A stretch of DNA of 64,000 bases from Octopus vulgaris (taxonomy: Eukaryota), in NCBI GenBank assembly GCA_951406725.2, contig OX597826.1, positions 18,414,001-18,478,000 of the forward strand, written 5' to 3'. This document shows positions 63,739 to 64,000 of the stretch, piece by piece. The position numbers were made by a program, and so were the translations under genes. The first letter of the stretch is position 1. Each line of letters begins with the position of its first letter. Below the pieces are notes generated by a model. It was given only the letters and a program-made list of their open reading frames with translations, ran no database searches and was not told the DNA's origin.

Positions 63739-64000
63739 TATATATATTATATATATATCTTATTACAGTCAGCCAAATGACTGACCACGGGTCAGCATGT
63801 AGCATGAAGTGATTATCACTGTTATTACTTTCTCCTTTTTTTTCTTTTAACTCCCATTTTATTTTATTTTCCGATCTGATAAAGTTCCATGATTCAAATT
63901 GGTATAATTACTTAGAACAATAACTATTATTATTATTCTTGTTATTGTGGTGGTTAAACCTGCGAATCACGCTAACAGAAACAGCTGTGAGTTGAGATTC

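Overview
This is AT-rich, repeat-dense animal genomic DNA. The SINE families and the huge (TA)n/(TATG)n/(AAT)n arrays look like an octopus (coleoid cephalopod) genome, which is an inference. No intact host gene is recognisable, and nearly all long ORFs in the track are microsatellite artefacts. Bases ~1-32 kb are a nested pile of decayed mobile elements: a Tigger/pogo transposon split by an internally deleted Mag-type Gypsy LTR element, R4/Dong-, Tx1- and RTE-type LINE fragments, maT (DD37D) and mariner (DD34D) remnants, foldback MITEs, and Penelope-like elements (PLEs) resembling three different clades within ~6.5 kb. Bases ~32-53 kb are much poorer in TEs and hold weak candidate terminal exons plus a 37-38 bp minisatellite. 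Bases ~53-64 kb are mostly microsatellite with SINEs. The most notable signals are five hammerhead-ribozyme-like motifs, including a PLE whose inverted terminal repeats fuse a tRNA-like (Pol III) head to a hammerhead core. All coordinates were read by eye, and the edges of decayed elements are approximate.
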